From assembly GCA_031409275.1 (NCBI GenBank), contig JANNXA010000033.1:64001-128000 (forward strand): DNA of 64,000 nucleotides, written 5' to 3'. Source of the DNA: Planctomycetota bacterium. Its GTDB lineage: Bacteria > Planctomycetota > B15-G4 > SIAN01. The translations under genes and the position numbers were made by a program. Within the stretch, counting starts at the first letter, position 1, and each line of letters starts with the position of its first letter. The notes beneath the pieces are model-generated. The model made no database searches and was not told the DNA's origin. It saw only the letters and a program-made list of their open reading frames with translations. Positions 9,047-18,418 of the stretch are shown piece after piece.

Positions 9047-10843
9047 ATGCGCCACCATCCTGCTCCATCGACGCTCACCCTGAACGCAACCTCGAACCGC
9101 GCCGCCGATCGGCCGCGCTCGACGACTCGCCTCACCCTTCGGGCACTTGCGTGCCTCGTCATCGCCGTGGCGTGGTTCCCCGGCTGCACTCGCGGCGGAG
9201 CCGCGGCTTCGGGCTTGCGACTCCAAGGGCGCTTCATCGACTCGCCGGTCAAGGGACTGCATTACGCGACGAGATCGGGCGTTGGCGAGACGGGCGCCGA
9301 CGGGTCGTTCTTCTTTCGGGCGGGCGAGAAGATCACCTTCTCGGTCGGTGCGACGGTGCTTGGCGAAACCGTCCCGGCGAAGGCGACGATGACGCCGCTC
9401 GATCTCGTGCCGGGAGCGACCATCCCGACCACGAAACTGCAGATGAATCGGTTGTTCGCCAAGTACTCCGACGACGTCGTGATCGATCCGGTGATCTCGT
9501 CGCAACTGCGCTTGCTGAACGTGCTCTCTTTCCTCCAGTCGATTGACGAGGACAAGAATCCCGACAAGAGCATCGTAATCAGCCCCGGCCTCGCGAAGCT
9601 GTTCGCGGCGGAGGCGATCGACCTCGATCAGTCATCGGGCAAGTTCGAGGAAGATCGCCGCTTCCGACGCCTGCTCTATTCGGCATCCAACGAGGGTTTC
9701 ATCGTCTCGGCGCGTCGGATCCCGCCACTGCTCGCGCTGGAGCACTTTGCGGCGACGCTCGGCATCGAGTCCAGGTTGTCGGTAACGACGATCGTTGAAT
9801 TCGACTACGCCGCGGACGGACAGATCGACTACACGACTTGGTCGCCCCTCGATGCTCGTGGCTTCGTCGCCAGCGTCGCGCGCGACAACACTGGCGATGG
9901 CGTACCCGACCAGAAGGTCACCAACGTCTACGATGATTTTGGCTACTTGATCAGCGATTCGAACGACTTCGACGACGACGGCAAGCCGGACGCGACCTCG
10001 TCGCGACAGTACGACATTCACGGGAACCTCTTGAGAGAGGAGTGGGACTACGACGCGGACGGGAAGCAAGACAAGATCGAAGATCATGCGTATGACGCGA
10101 ATGGCAACGAGATTCGTTTCGAGCAGGACTACGACGGAAACGGGACTCTGGAAAAAGCCTGCAACTACAGTTACGACGCTGACGGCAACCGGATGGACTG
10201 GGATTGCGACGAGAACGGCGACGGGAAGCCCGACGCGACATTCCACGCCGAGTACGACGCGCGAGGCAATCGGACGGTGGAGATCCATGATGAGAACAAC
10301 GACGGGATCACCGACTACCTTGAGTCGATCTCCTACAACGACCGCGGGCAGATCACCCGCCATGAGTTCGATGAGGACGGCAACGGTACGGATGAGCTCA
10401 TCGAGTTCGACTATGACGCAGCCGGCCTGCGGGTCGCGGAGCAACATGACTTTGGGGGAGAAGGGCAGATCCAGGACGTCTACACATTCGCCTACGACGA
10501 GCGTGGAAACCTGACGCGTCTGACCTATGACTCGGACGGCGATGGAGTGATTGGGATCATTGACTCCAATGAGTACGACGCCGACGGAAACGTCGTCTAC
10601 CATTCGACCGAGGTTCCAGGCTCCAGTGCCGGCTACACCATCGCGAGTCGATACGACCCGCTCCACGGCCTCGCCGTCGTCATCACGGATCGTGACGGTG
10701 ACGGTGTGACGGACTGGGTCGAAACCTGGACTTACGACGCCGATGGCCGACTCCTCCGATACGAAATCGCCGTCGACGGTGTCCCCAGTTACGCCGAGAT
10801 CACGACACAGAGCGGCGTCGGGTACTTCGGCTACACGCCCTGA
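9047..10843 (+). CDS. Putative lipoprotein with YD/DxDxDG repeats (paralog 2)
   Basis: GGAG RBS; lipobox-like AWFPGC; same architecture as 6930-8738; ends GYFGYTP versus GYFGYRP. Confidence 0.85.
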   Translation: MRHHPAPSTLTLNATSNRAADRPRSTTRLTLRALACLVIAVAWFPGCTRGGAAASGLRLQGRFIDSPVKGLHYATRSGVGETGADGSFFFRAGEKITFSVGATVLGETVPAKATMTPLDLVPGATIPTTKLQMNRLFAKYSDDVVIDPVISSQLRLLNVLSFLQSIDEDKNPDKSIVISPGLAKLFAAEAIDLDQSSGKFEEDRRFRRLLYSASNEGFIVSARRIPPLLALEHFAATLGIESRLSVTTIVEFDYAADGQIDYTTWSPLDARGFVASVARDNTGDGVPDQKVTNVYDDFGYLISDSNDFDDDGKPDATSSRQYDIHGNLLREEWDYDADGKQDKIEDHAYDANGNEIRFEQDYDGNGTLEKACNYSYDADGNRMDWDCDENGDGKPDATFHAEYDARGNRTVEIHDENNDGITDYLESISYNDRGQITRHEFDEDGNGTDELIEFDYDAAGLRVAEQHDFGGEGQIQDVYTFAYDERGNLTRLTYDSDGDGVIGIIDSNEYDADGNVVYHSTEVPGSSAGYTIASRYDPLHGLAVVITDRDGDGVTDWVETWTYDADGRLLRYEIAVDGVPSYAEITTQSGVGYFGYTP

Positions 10844-11004
10844 GCGACGCTCTGCCGGCCGACTCCTTCGGTCGCTGGAGTTCGAGCCAGCGACCGATGG
10901 GCCCCATTCGGCGGCCGCGAGCCGCCGTTTCCACGGGGCGACGCCCTACAATCTCGCGCCTCCAGTTTGCGGCGCTTGTCGCCGCTCGATGCGCGAGGCG
11001 TCCG

Positions 11005-12375
11005 ATGAGCCAGATCTCGACCAAGCCCCCGAGCGGCATGCGCGACTTCCTCGCGCCCGACCTCGCGCGCCGCCGCCACGTGATCGGCGTCATCGCGCGC
11101 GTCTACGAGTCCTTCGGCTTCGTGCCGCTCGAGACGCCGACGATCGAGAACCTCTCGACGCTGCTCGGCAAGTACGGTCCTGAAGGCGATCAGCTCCTCT
11201 ATCGGCTGCTCCATCGGCGCGAGCGGCTCGCCCGCGCGCTCGAGGCGAAGGCGGATGGCAGCGGCCCGACCGAGCTCGACCTTTCCGACGAGGGGCTGCG
11301 TTACGACCTCACCGTCCCGCTCGCGCGCGTCGTCGCCAACTACGGCGAGCTGCCCGCCTTCTACAAGCGCTACCAGATCCAGCCGGTCTGGCGTGCCGAT
11401 CGGCCGGCGAAGGGGCGCTTCCGCGAGTTCTTCCAGTGCGACGTCGACGTCTGCGGGACGAAGTCGCTGGTCGCCGACGCCGAGGTCTGCGGCGCGGTGG
11501 CGACTGTCCTGCGCGAGCTTGGCTTCGGTCATGACTCCGCGGGCTTCCAGATCCACGTGAACCACCGCGAGCTGCTGCGCGCGATGGTGGCGGAAGCGGG
11601 CATCGCCGCGGAGAAGGAGGGGCAGGCGCTCATCGCGCTCGACAAGCTCGACAAGATCGGCGCCGATGGCGTGAAAGCGGAGCTGATCGAGAAGGGGATC
11701 GCGGCCGAGGCGGCGGCGAAGCTGCTGGGCATGAGCGTCGACGCTCGCGAACTCCCCGAGCAGGCGCTTCGTGCCTGGGCGACCGGCTCGTCACTGGACG
11801 GAGCGAGGGCCGCGAAGGAAATCCAGGAGCTGCTCGCCATCGCCGCCTCCGGCCCTGCCGGTGCTCACCTCGTCTTCGATCCGACGCTCGCGCGTGGCCT
11901 CTCCTACTACACCGGACCGATCTTCGAGATCACCTGCGCCGGCCTCGCCGGCTCGATGGGCGGCGGCGGTCGCTACGACGGGTTGATCGGGATGTTCACG
12001 AAGCGGCAGATCCCGGCGGTCGGCTTTTCGCTCGGGCTCGAGCGGGTGCTGCTGGTGATGGAGGAGCGCGGCATGTTCCCGCCGCTCCCCGCTGGACCGC
12101 AGCTGCTGTTGTGCCGCTTTCCCGACATCGCGGCTTCGCAAGCCGTCGCGGTCGCGTCGCAGCTGCGTGCGGCCGGCCTGCGCGTCGAGCTCTACGCCGA
12201 TACTCCCGCGCTTGGCAAGCAGCTCCAGTACGCGAACACCATCGGCGCGCCATTCGCCGCCATCCTCGGCAGCAACGAGCTCGCGCAGCAGTCGCTCACG
12301 TTGAAGAAGCTCTCGACCGGCGAGCAGAAGACGCTGTCGATCGCGGACGTGGCAGCGTTCGTCAACGGGGGGTGA
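11005..12375 (+). CDS. hisS: Histidine--tRNA ligase
   Basis: PSGMRDF, LRYDLTVP, WRADRPAKGRFREFFQCDVD, LARGLSYYTG, GGGRYDGL, GFSLGLER, anticodon-binding C-terminal domain; TACAAT at 10947-10952. Confidence 0.97.
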   Translation: MSQISTKPPSGMRDFLAPDLARRRHVIGVIARVYESFGFVPLETPTIENLSTLLGKYGPEGDQLLYRLLHRRERLARALEAKADGSGPTELDLSDEGLRYDLTVPLARVVANYGELPAFYKRYQIQPVWRADRPAKGRFREFFQCDVDVCGTKSLVADAEVCGAVATVLRELGFGHDSAGFQIHVNHRELLRAMVAEAGIAAEKEGQALIALDKLDKIGADGVKAELIEKGIAAEAAAKLLGMSVDARELPEQALRAWATGSSLDGARAAKEIQELLAIAASGPAGAHLVFDPTLARGLSYYTGPIFEITCAGLAGSMGGGGRYDGLIGMFTKRQIPAVGFSLGLERVLLVMEERGMFPPLPAGPQLLLCRFPDIAASQAVAVASQLRAAGLRVELYADTPALGKQLQYANTIGAPFAAILGSNELAQQSLTLKKLSTGEQKTLSIADVAAFVNGG

Positions 12376-12399
12376 GTCGAGCGCGACCCATCCCGGCCT

Positions 12400-12639
12400 T
12401 CACGCCGATCGGCTGCACCAGCGCGCGCGCAGCCGCGTCCACCAATCGGGCGATCGATGAGACGCGCGTCCCCGGATCTCGAGCCACGGCGCCTGCGTCA
12501 GCTGCGTCATTCCCGATCGACGCTTCGCCGATTCAACGGCGCGTCGCAGCGACTCGGCGTCCTGCGCCTCGTACCAGATGTAGTTGCTGTCGTAGTCCTC
12601 CGCTTCCGGGGCACCATCCGACACGAAGAGGAAGGGCAT
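12400..12639 (-). CDS. Small hypothetical protein
   Basis: GGAGG RBS before ATG (MPFLFVSDG...); GC3-rich codons in the 5' half. Confidence 0.4.
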   Translation of the reverse strand: MPFLFVSDGAPEAEDYDSNYIWYEAQDAESLRRAVESAKRRSGMTQLTQAPWLEIRGRASHRSPDWWTRLRARWCSRSA

Positions 12640-12810
12640 CGTCGCCTCCATTCACCGTCCCGACCGCGCGGCTCTGAACCACGAGCGCAAGGTCTAGACG
12701 GTGCGCGCGACCGCCATGCGTCGCCGCGCGTGAAGCTCCGATGAAGGCGAAAGAATGGCGCGACGCCTCAGCGCGCGCGAACTCGGCGAAGCAGCGAGAT
12801 TCGCGCGCGG

Positions 12811-13173
12811 TCAGGCCTCCACGAGCACGGTGAAGCCGCCGTACACCATGCGCTTGACGTCGAAGGGCATCTTCTTCGGGTCCATGAACTTCGTGAGGCG
12901 CGGGTCCTCCATGACGCTCGCGTTGACGCGATCGCGGTGGCTGCGCGACTTGAACGTGACCCATGCGAAGACGATCGCCTCGTTCGGCTTCGCCTTCAGT
13001 GTTCGCGTGAACGAGACGCCAAACGGCACGTCGAGCTGCTCGCCGATGCATTCGCGGTAATCGAGCGCGCCGTGATCGCGCCACACCTTCGACGCCGCGC
13101 GCGCCATGCGCTTGTAGGCCGCGAGGTTCTTCTTCGGCAGGGGCAGGACGTAACCATCGACGTAGCGGGCCAT
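12811..13173 (-). CDS. DUF1428 (YbaA-like) protein
   Basis: MARYVDGYVLPLPKKNLAAY...WRDHGALDYREC...MPFDVKRMVYGGF pattern. Confidence 0.9.
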   Translation of the reverse strand: MARYVDGYVLPLPKKNLAAYKRMARAASKVWRDHGALDYRECIGEQLDVPFGVSFTRTLKAKPNEAIVFAWVTFKSRSHRDRVNASVMEDPRLTKFMDPKKMPFDVKRMVYGGFTVLVEA

Positions 13174-13320
13174 CGGAGAGTTCCTTCGATTCAAGGGCGC
13201 TGAGGCGTCAGCGCAATCGCGAGGAGGCTAGCCGCACGACTCCCGCCGTCGACAGGCTGCCGCATCGATGGGCCGGGCAGATCGCTGGGAGAGCCCATAC
13301 TTCTCCTGGAGCACCTGACC

Positions 13321-16269
13321 ATGCAACGCCCGCTCGTCGCACTGCACGTCGTTTCTCTCGTCGCCGCCGCTGCGCTCGCTTCACCTGCCCGCGGCCAATC
13401 GATCCGCAACGGCCGCTACGCCGTGCGCCTTGATCCGATCGGTGTCCTCACGCGGCCGCCGGATGAAGGGCTCGTCACCACCTACGGTCCGCGGGTCGAG
13501 TGCCTGCCAGGGACGACCGAGTGTTTCGGTCTCGCGTACGACTCGAGCACGGGACACGTGAGCGCGGTGGGAGCGGGACCGACCGGCGACGATTCGCAGC
13601 GGATCCCGGTCCGTTCCGTCTCGAGCCGCTTCACCGTGACGGACGCCGTGATGGTCGGGCGAGTCGGTGCGGTCGAGATCGTGCACCGTTTCTATTTCTG
13701 CCCGTTCACCGAGAGCCTCATCGTCGGCGTCACGCTCTCGAACACGGGCAGCGCCCCGCTCCATGACGTCGTCTATTCGCGCGAGTGGCGCAGCTCCTCC
13801 CTGGTCGGAGGCACCTTCCCGCCGGAGCTCGACTCCGCGTTGCCGCCGGCGCCGGGCAATGTCTGGCGCATGGCGTTCGAGCTCCACGAGCTGCCCGTCG
13901 GCGCGACCGTCGGGCGCGGGTTGGTGTTGGTTCCGGCCAGCCGTTCGACCAGCTCGAAGCTCGGGCCGTCCGCGGACGACGTGCCGCTTCGGCAGTGGAC
14001 CAACGCGAGCTTTCCCGCCGGCCTGAACTTCGGCGCGGCGCTCGGGATCAGCTTCGGTGACTACGACCAGGATGGTTGGAGCGACGTCGTGGTCGCCACC
14101 GAGCGGCGCATCTGGCGCAACCTTGCCGGCGTCGACTGGAAGGAACAGGTCGATCTCTCGCCGTGGATGGACGCTGGCCAGCGCTACAGCGCCGCGCTCT
14201 TCGACTACGACAACGACGGGCGAGTCGACCTCGCCGACGAACCGCGTGGCGGCGGCTGCCTGCAGCTGCTCCACTCGCTTGGCGGCGATCTCTTCGAGGA
14301 GGTCGCCGGCGACCCCGACATCGTCGACGACCGGCCATGCATGGCGTGGTGCGAGACCAACTCGGTCGCCGATGTCGACGGCATCTCCCGCTTCACCGAG
14401 CGCGTCGCAGCCGCGGGGCTGCGCAATCCCGCCGATCCGCGCTCGGTTCCCGAGGGCGCCGGATTCGCCGATGTCGATGACGACGGTGACGTCGATCTCT
14501 ACGCCTGCATCTCGCTCTATCGCAACGTCTCGAAGGCGAAGGATCCTCGCTTCGAGCTGCTCAGTCCGGCGAGCTCGGGGATCACGATGAACGGTGATGC
14601 CGAGGAAGGCGGCGGCTTCTTCGACTACGACATGGACGGCGACATCGACCTCTGCATCGCCCACGTGGACCCTCGCCGCGGCATTCGCATGTACGAGAAC
14701 CGCGGCGACGGGATGCTCGAGCTGCAGGCGAAGAGCCTCTTCGATTCCGCCGACACGGGGCTTGGATTGGGGCTTTCCTTCGAGGATTGGGACAACGACG
14801 GCGACATCGACGTGACCAGCAGCGAGGTCTTCCGTCGCAATCAGTTCATCGAATCGGGCGGCACTCGTCACTTCACGGTGGCGACCCACAGCATCCCGCC
14901 CGATCACATCACCAACGCGACCCCGGCCTGGGGCGACTGGGATCAAGACGGCGACATCGACAGCGCGCTGGCGAACTACCTCGAGGTCGCGCGCCTCTAC
15001 GACAACACCCTCTACGACGCGACGACACCACCCGAGGTCCGTCGCCATCTGCGCGTTCGCGTCGTGCGCGACTCGGCGGCGCACGAAAGTCGTCTCGACC
15101 TCGGGCGGCTACCTGAACCAAGGCGAGTACGCCGTCCAACTGGCGTTGCCGACCGATCCCGATCCCGACCCGGCGAAGGACGTCCACTTCGAGGTGATCG
15201 TCGACTTCAAGGGCAACGCGCAGCAGGGGACGGTGCGCGTCGATCGCCACGTCAATCCGGTGCTGGGCGATCTCGACCTCGCGCAGTTGCACGATCGCCA
15301 GATCGTGATCGATCGCAGCGGGCGAGTCCGGATCGACGGTTGCGATTTCCGGCCCGCCGCGGCGATGCAACCGTTGACGACGGTGAATGGCAGCCTCGTG
15401 CTGTCGGCCGTCGACGCCGCCCTTCCCGTCCCGATCGCCGCGCCCGGCAGCGACTGGTTCGTCGGGATGGAGATCGACACGTTCGCCGCGACGCTCCCGC
15501 AGCGCATCGAGGAGGTGGTGATCGATGGCAAGGTCGCCGCCGCCGTCGATTGCGGCGGCACGAACGCGAACCTCTTCGTCTGGGACGTGACCGATCCGCT
15601 GCAGCCGGGCTTGCGGCCGGTGGTTTGAGTGCGGCGCCGATTCGCGCGCGCAACCATCGCAACGGCTACGCGATCGACGCGACGCTGCAGCCGGGGCGCA
15701 TCTATCGACTGGCGGCGCGTGTGCAGACGCTGCGCTCGACGCCATTCGCGGGGCCGCGGCTCGATGGCGCGTTGACGACGCGGGGCAGCCTGTCGTTCAA
15801 GGACCCTTCGCCCTGCAGCGGCGCGGCGATCGTTGCGGCGAGCGTCGATCCGACGCAGCTCTTCCTGACGATTCGCTTTCGCGACGAGCCGGCAGGAGCC
15901 TGGGCCGACTTCGGTCATGCGCTGGCAGGGACGAATGGCCCGCCGCTGCTGACGATGAGCGGCGATCTGCGCCCGTTGTCGGTGGTCACCGCAGACGTCA
16001 GCGGCGCGCTCGCCAACGCGCCGCTCTTCCTGGTGGTCGGGCTCACGCCGACGTGCGTTCCGTTCGCGAGCGGTGTCCTCGTGCCGGCGCCCGACATCGT
16101 GCTGGCGAACCTGGTGACCGACGCGACCGGACGCCTCTCCTATTCCGACTGCGTCGCGGACGACATCGCTTCGGGCGAGAGTTTCTTCGTGCAGGCGCTG
16201 CTGCTCGATCCGGGTGCGCCGCGCGGCGTGGCGCTCACGAACGCCATGGTCGGGACGACGCCGAACTGA
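13321..16269 (+). CDS. Secreted FG-GAP/ASPIC-UnbV (CRTAC1-like) protein, apparently with two compensating frameshifts and internal deletions
   Basis: Signal peptide; repeats GDYDQDGWSD, FDYDNDGRVD, FDYDMDGDID, GDWDQDGDID; the ASPIC-like 'SGGYLNQ' segment lies in the +1 frame from ~15086 to ~15610. Confidence 0.7.
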   Translation: MQRPLVALHVVSLVAAAALASPARGQSIRNGRYAVRLDPIGVLTRPPDEGLVTTYGPRVECLPGTTECFGLAYDSSTGHVSAVGAGPTGDDSQRIPVRSVSSRFTVTDAVMVGRVGAVEIVHRFYFCPFTESLIVGVTLSNTGSAPLHDVVYSREWRSSSLVGGTFPPELDSALPPAPGNVWRMAFELHELPVGATVGRGLVLVPASRSTSSKLGPSADDVPLRQWTNASFPAGLNFGAALGISFGDYDQDGWSDVVVATERRIWRNLAGVDWKEQVDLSPWMDAGQRYSAALFDYDNDGRVDLADEPRGGGCLQLLHSLGGDLFEEVAGDPDIVDDRPCMAWCETNSVADVDGISRFTERVAAAGLRNPADPRSVPEGAGFADVDDDGDVDLYACISLYRNVSKAKDPRFELLSPASSGITMNGDAEEGGGFFDYDMDGDIDLCIAHVDPRRGIRMYENRGDGMLELQAKSLFDSADTGLGLGLSFEDWDNDGDIDVTSSEVFRRNQFIESGGTRHFTVATHSIPPDHITNATPAWGDWDQDGDIDSALANYLEVARLYDNTLYDATTPPEVRRHLRVRVVRDSAAHESRLDLGRLPEPRRVRRPTGVADRSRSRPGEGRPLRGDRRLQGQRAAGDGARRSPRQSGAGRSRPRAVARSPDRDRSQRASPDRRLRFPARRGDATVDDGEWQPRAVGRRRRPSRPDRRARQRLVRRDGDRHVRRDAPAAHRGGGDRWQGRRRRRLRRHEREPLRLGRDRSAAAGLAAGGLSAAPIRARNHRNGYAIDATLQPGRIYRLAARVQTLRSTPFAGPRLDGALTTRGSLSFKDPSPCSGAAIVAASVDPTQLFLTIRFRDEPAGAWADFGHALAGTNGPPLLTMSGDLRPLSVVTADVSGALANAPLFLVVGLTPTCVPFASGVLVPAPDIVLANLVTDATGRLSYSDCVADDIASGESFFVQALLLDPGAPRGVALTNAMVGTTPN

Positions 16270-16287
16270 CTTCGGCTGCCGGCAGCT

Positions 16288-17373
16288 CTAGGCGGCGCCG
16301 CTCGCCTTGCGCAGCGCCGCGACATCGGCGGGGCTCCACAGCTCGGCGGTCCGCTCCTCCCAACTCGGCAGCGGCGCGAGGCGGTGGCTTGGCGTCGGCT
16401 CGTACCAGAACGCGGCGCAACTCCAGTCGTCGTAGCTCTCGCAGAGCTTTCCGTCCTTGAGGCCCAACTGCTGCACGGTGACGCGCGCCTCCTTCTGCCA
16501 GAGCACCGGATCGGGCAGATGCCAGCGATAGAGCGACGCGAAGCGACCCGAATGGAGCGTCGCGCCGTGATAGAGCGAGGCGCGCGGCGGCTGCCCGTGC
16601 GCGAGCCCTGACCAGTCGTCCGCACCGGGGCCGCACAACGTCGGGAAGGCGGAGTCGCCGTCGACGAAGACCTTCACTTCGCCCTCGCCCCAGAAGAAGT
16701 CGTGCAGCGCGCGCACGCCCAGCACCGCACCGAGGAAGCGGCCGCGCCCCTGGCGCAGCGGCAGGATCTCGAAGTCGCGACCGAGTGTGGTCGGGTTCTC
16801 GCGCCGGAAGGCGACGTGCAGGCGACCCACGGTGGATTCGTGCGGATCGCCGAGCGTGGCGGCGATCTGGAACGCGAACGGCAGCGGATGATCGCCGTCG
16901 TTGGCGATGGTGAGCCGCGCCCGCGTGCGAAACGGCTGCGGCAGCCACAGATGGAACGACCCCTGCACGTCGACCGAATGGACGGCGGTCGTGCAGGGCA
17001 CCGGTTGTCCGTGGGCGAAGCCCATCAGGTCGCCGAGCGGGCACTCGATGCTCGGATGCTCCTGGTCATCCCACCAGGCGCGCAACACGAGGCTGCGCAG
17101 CGCGAGTGGCGTCGGTTGCGTTGCGCACCAGAGGTCGCGCAGCGTGCCGGGGCCCTCGACGTCCGCGAGCTGCAGCGACTCGCCCGGTTGCAGCAAGCGT
17201 GCCGGCGCTCCCTTGCGACCGACGCCGAGATGGCTCGCGGCGCGTCCGCCCATGCCGGGGGCGCCGTTCTGGTTCTCGAAGTTGATCCAGCGCGTCTGGA
17301 GCTTGGGATCGAGCAGGTAGGGATGCACGGGGGGCCCTGAGCCGAAGGGAACCGATCGTCGTCGGGGTGCCAT
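16288..17373 (-). CDS. DUF2961 / GH172-like protein (start may be GTG at 17328)
   Basis: INFENQNGAPGMGG, LADVEGPG, WDDQEHPSIECPLGD, WGEGEVKVFVDGD, YRWHLPDPV, DDWSCAAFWY. Confidence 0.8.
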   Translation of the reverse strand: MAPRRRSVPFGSGPPVHPYLLDPKLQTRWINFENQNGAPGMGGRAASHLGVGRKGAPARLLQPGESLQLADVEGPGTLRDLWCATQPTPLALRSLVLRAWWDDQEHPSIECPLGDLMGFAHGQPVPCTTAVHSVDVQGSFHLWLPQPFRTRARLTIANDGDHPLPFAFQIAATLGDPHESTVGRLHVAFRRENPTTLGRDFEILPLRQGRGRFLGAVLGVRALHDFFWGEGEVKVFVDGDSAFPTLCGPGADDWSGLAHGQPPRASLYHGATLHSGRFASLYRWHLPDPVLWQKEARVTVQQLGLKDGKLCESYDDWSCAAFWYEPTPSHRLAPLPSWEERTAELWSPADVAALRKASGAA

Positions 17374-17485
17374 TTTCCGCCAGCGGGGTGGCTGGGGGGT
17401 ACGCGCGAACGCGCACGCCGCCCGGAAGAGTCTTCCCGACGATCGGCGTGAGCCTCGGACGAACGGGAGGCGCCGGCGGGGGTGG

Positions 17486-18418
17486 TCAGCCCTGCCCGCC
17501 GTTCAGCACCTCGAGATGCTCCGCCACCGAAGCGGCGAGCGACCCGAGCTCGTACCCGCCCTCGAGAAGGGAAACGAGCCGGCCGTCGCACCGCTCGTCG
17601 GCCAGCGCGACGCACGCTGCGGTCAGGTGGCGGTAGCTCTCGGTCGTGAGCTCCTGCGTCGAGGAGCGATCGGCGTGATGCGCGCCGAACCCCGCGGAGA
17701 GCAGCAGGAACTGCGGTGCGAAGCGGCGAAGCGCCGGTGCGATCTCATCGTGGATCGCTGCGAGCCACTCGCGCTCGCCGGAACGAGGCGCCAGCGGGCA
17801 GTTCCTGGTGAAGTCGTCGCAGGCACGGCTGTCAGGGTCCGGGTCGGATTCGTGAACGCTCGCATAGAAGAACGAGCGGTCACCGGCGAGCGCGCGCTGA
17901 GTGCCGAGCCCGGGCTGCGCGTCGAAGTCGACGATCGCGACGCGTTCGACGCCGAGGCGATCGCGCAGCACGCGCGCCGCGATGGCGGCCTGATTGAAGA
18001 TGCAGTGGCCGCGAGCGAGCGTTGGCTCGGCGAGATGGCCCGGGGGGCGGCAGGCGACGAAGGCGTTCTTCCACTCGCCGCGAAGCACGCGCTCGCTCGC
18101 CTCGATGGCGCCGCCGACGGAGAGGCGCGCGGCGCGAAGAGTCCCCGCGACGATCACCGCCTGCTCGTCGAGCACGGTAGGGGCGATCTTCAGCGCGGCG
18201 CCCACGCGTTCGACGTAGGCCGGAGGGTGCACGCGCTCGATGTCAGCGCGACGAGCCATCTCCGGCTCGTGCAACCGCAACCGCTTCAGCAGTCCGGAGC
18301 TCGAGATCGTTGCCAGGATCATCTGCACTCGATCCGGGCGGTCAGGATGCTCCGGCCCCGGGTCGTGCCGGTGGGAATCGGGGTGGGCGACGAATCCGGT
18401 CGGGACGTTCGTGGGCAT
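17486..18418 (-). CDS. Histone deacetylase / AcuC-family protein with degenerate active site
   Basis: HPDRPDR, RPPGHLA, CIFNQAAIAA, VAIVDFDAQPGLGTQ, LSAGFGAH, LEGGY; GAGGGA RBS. Confidence 0.85.
   Translation of the reverse strand: MPTNVPTGFVAHPDSHRHDPGPEHPDRPDRVQMILATISSSGLLKRLRLHEPEMARRADIERVHPPAYVERVGAALKIAPTVLDEQAVIVAGTLRAARLSVGGAIEASERVLRGEWKNAFVACRPPGHLAEPTLARGHCIFNQAAIAARVLRDRLGVERVAIVDFDAQPGLGTQRALAGDRSFFYASVHESDPDPDSRACDDFTRNCPLAPRSGEREWLAAIHDEIAPALRRFAPQFLLLSAGFGAHHADRSSTQELTTESYRHLTAACVALADERCDGRLVSLLEGGYELGSLAASVAEHLEVLNGGQG

Larger units (their letters stand above)
8819..11008 (+). repeat. Tandem duplication, copy 2
   Basis: Colinear with 6644-8820. Confidence 0.9.

Noticed and set aside
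7670..10843. Rhs/YD polymorphic toxin system
   Set aside because: No Rhs core terminus, toxin domain, immunity gene or VgrG/PAAR
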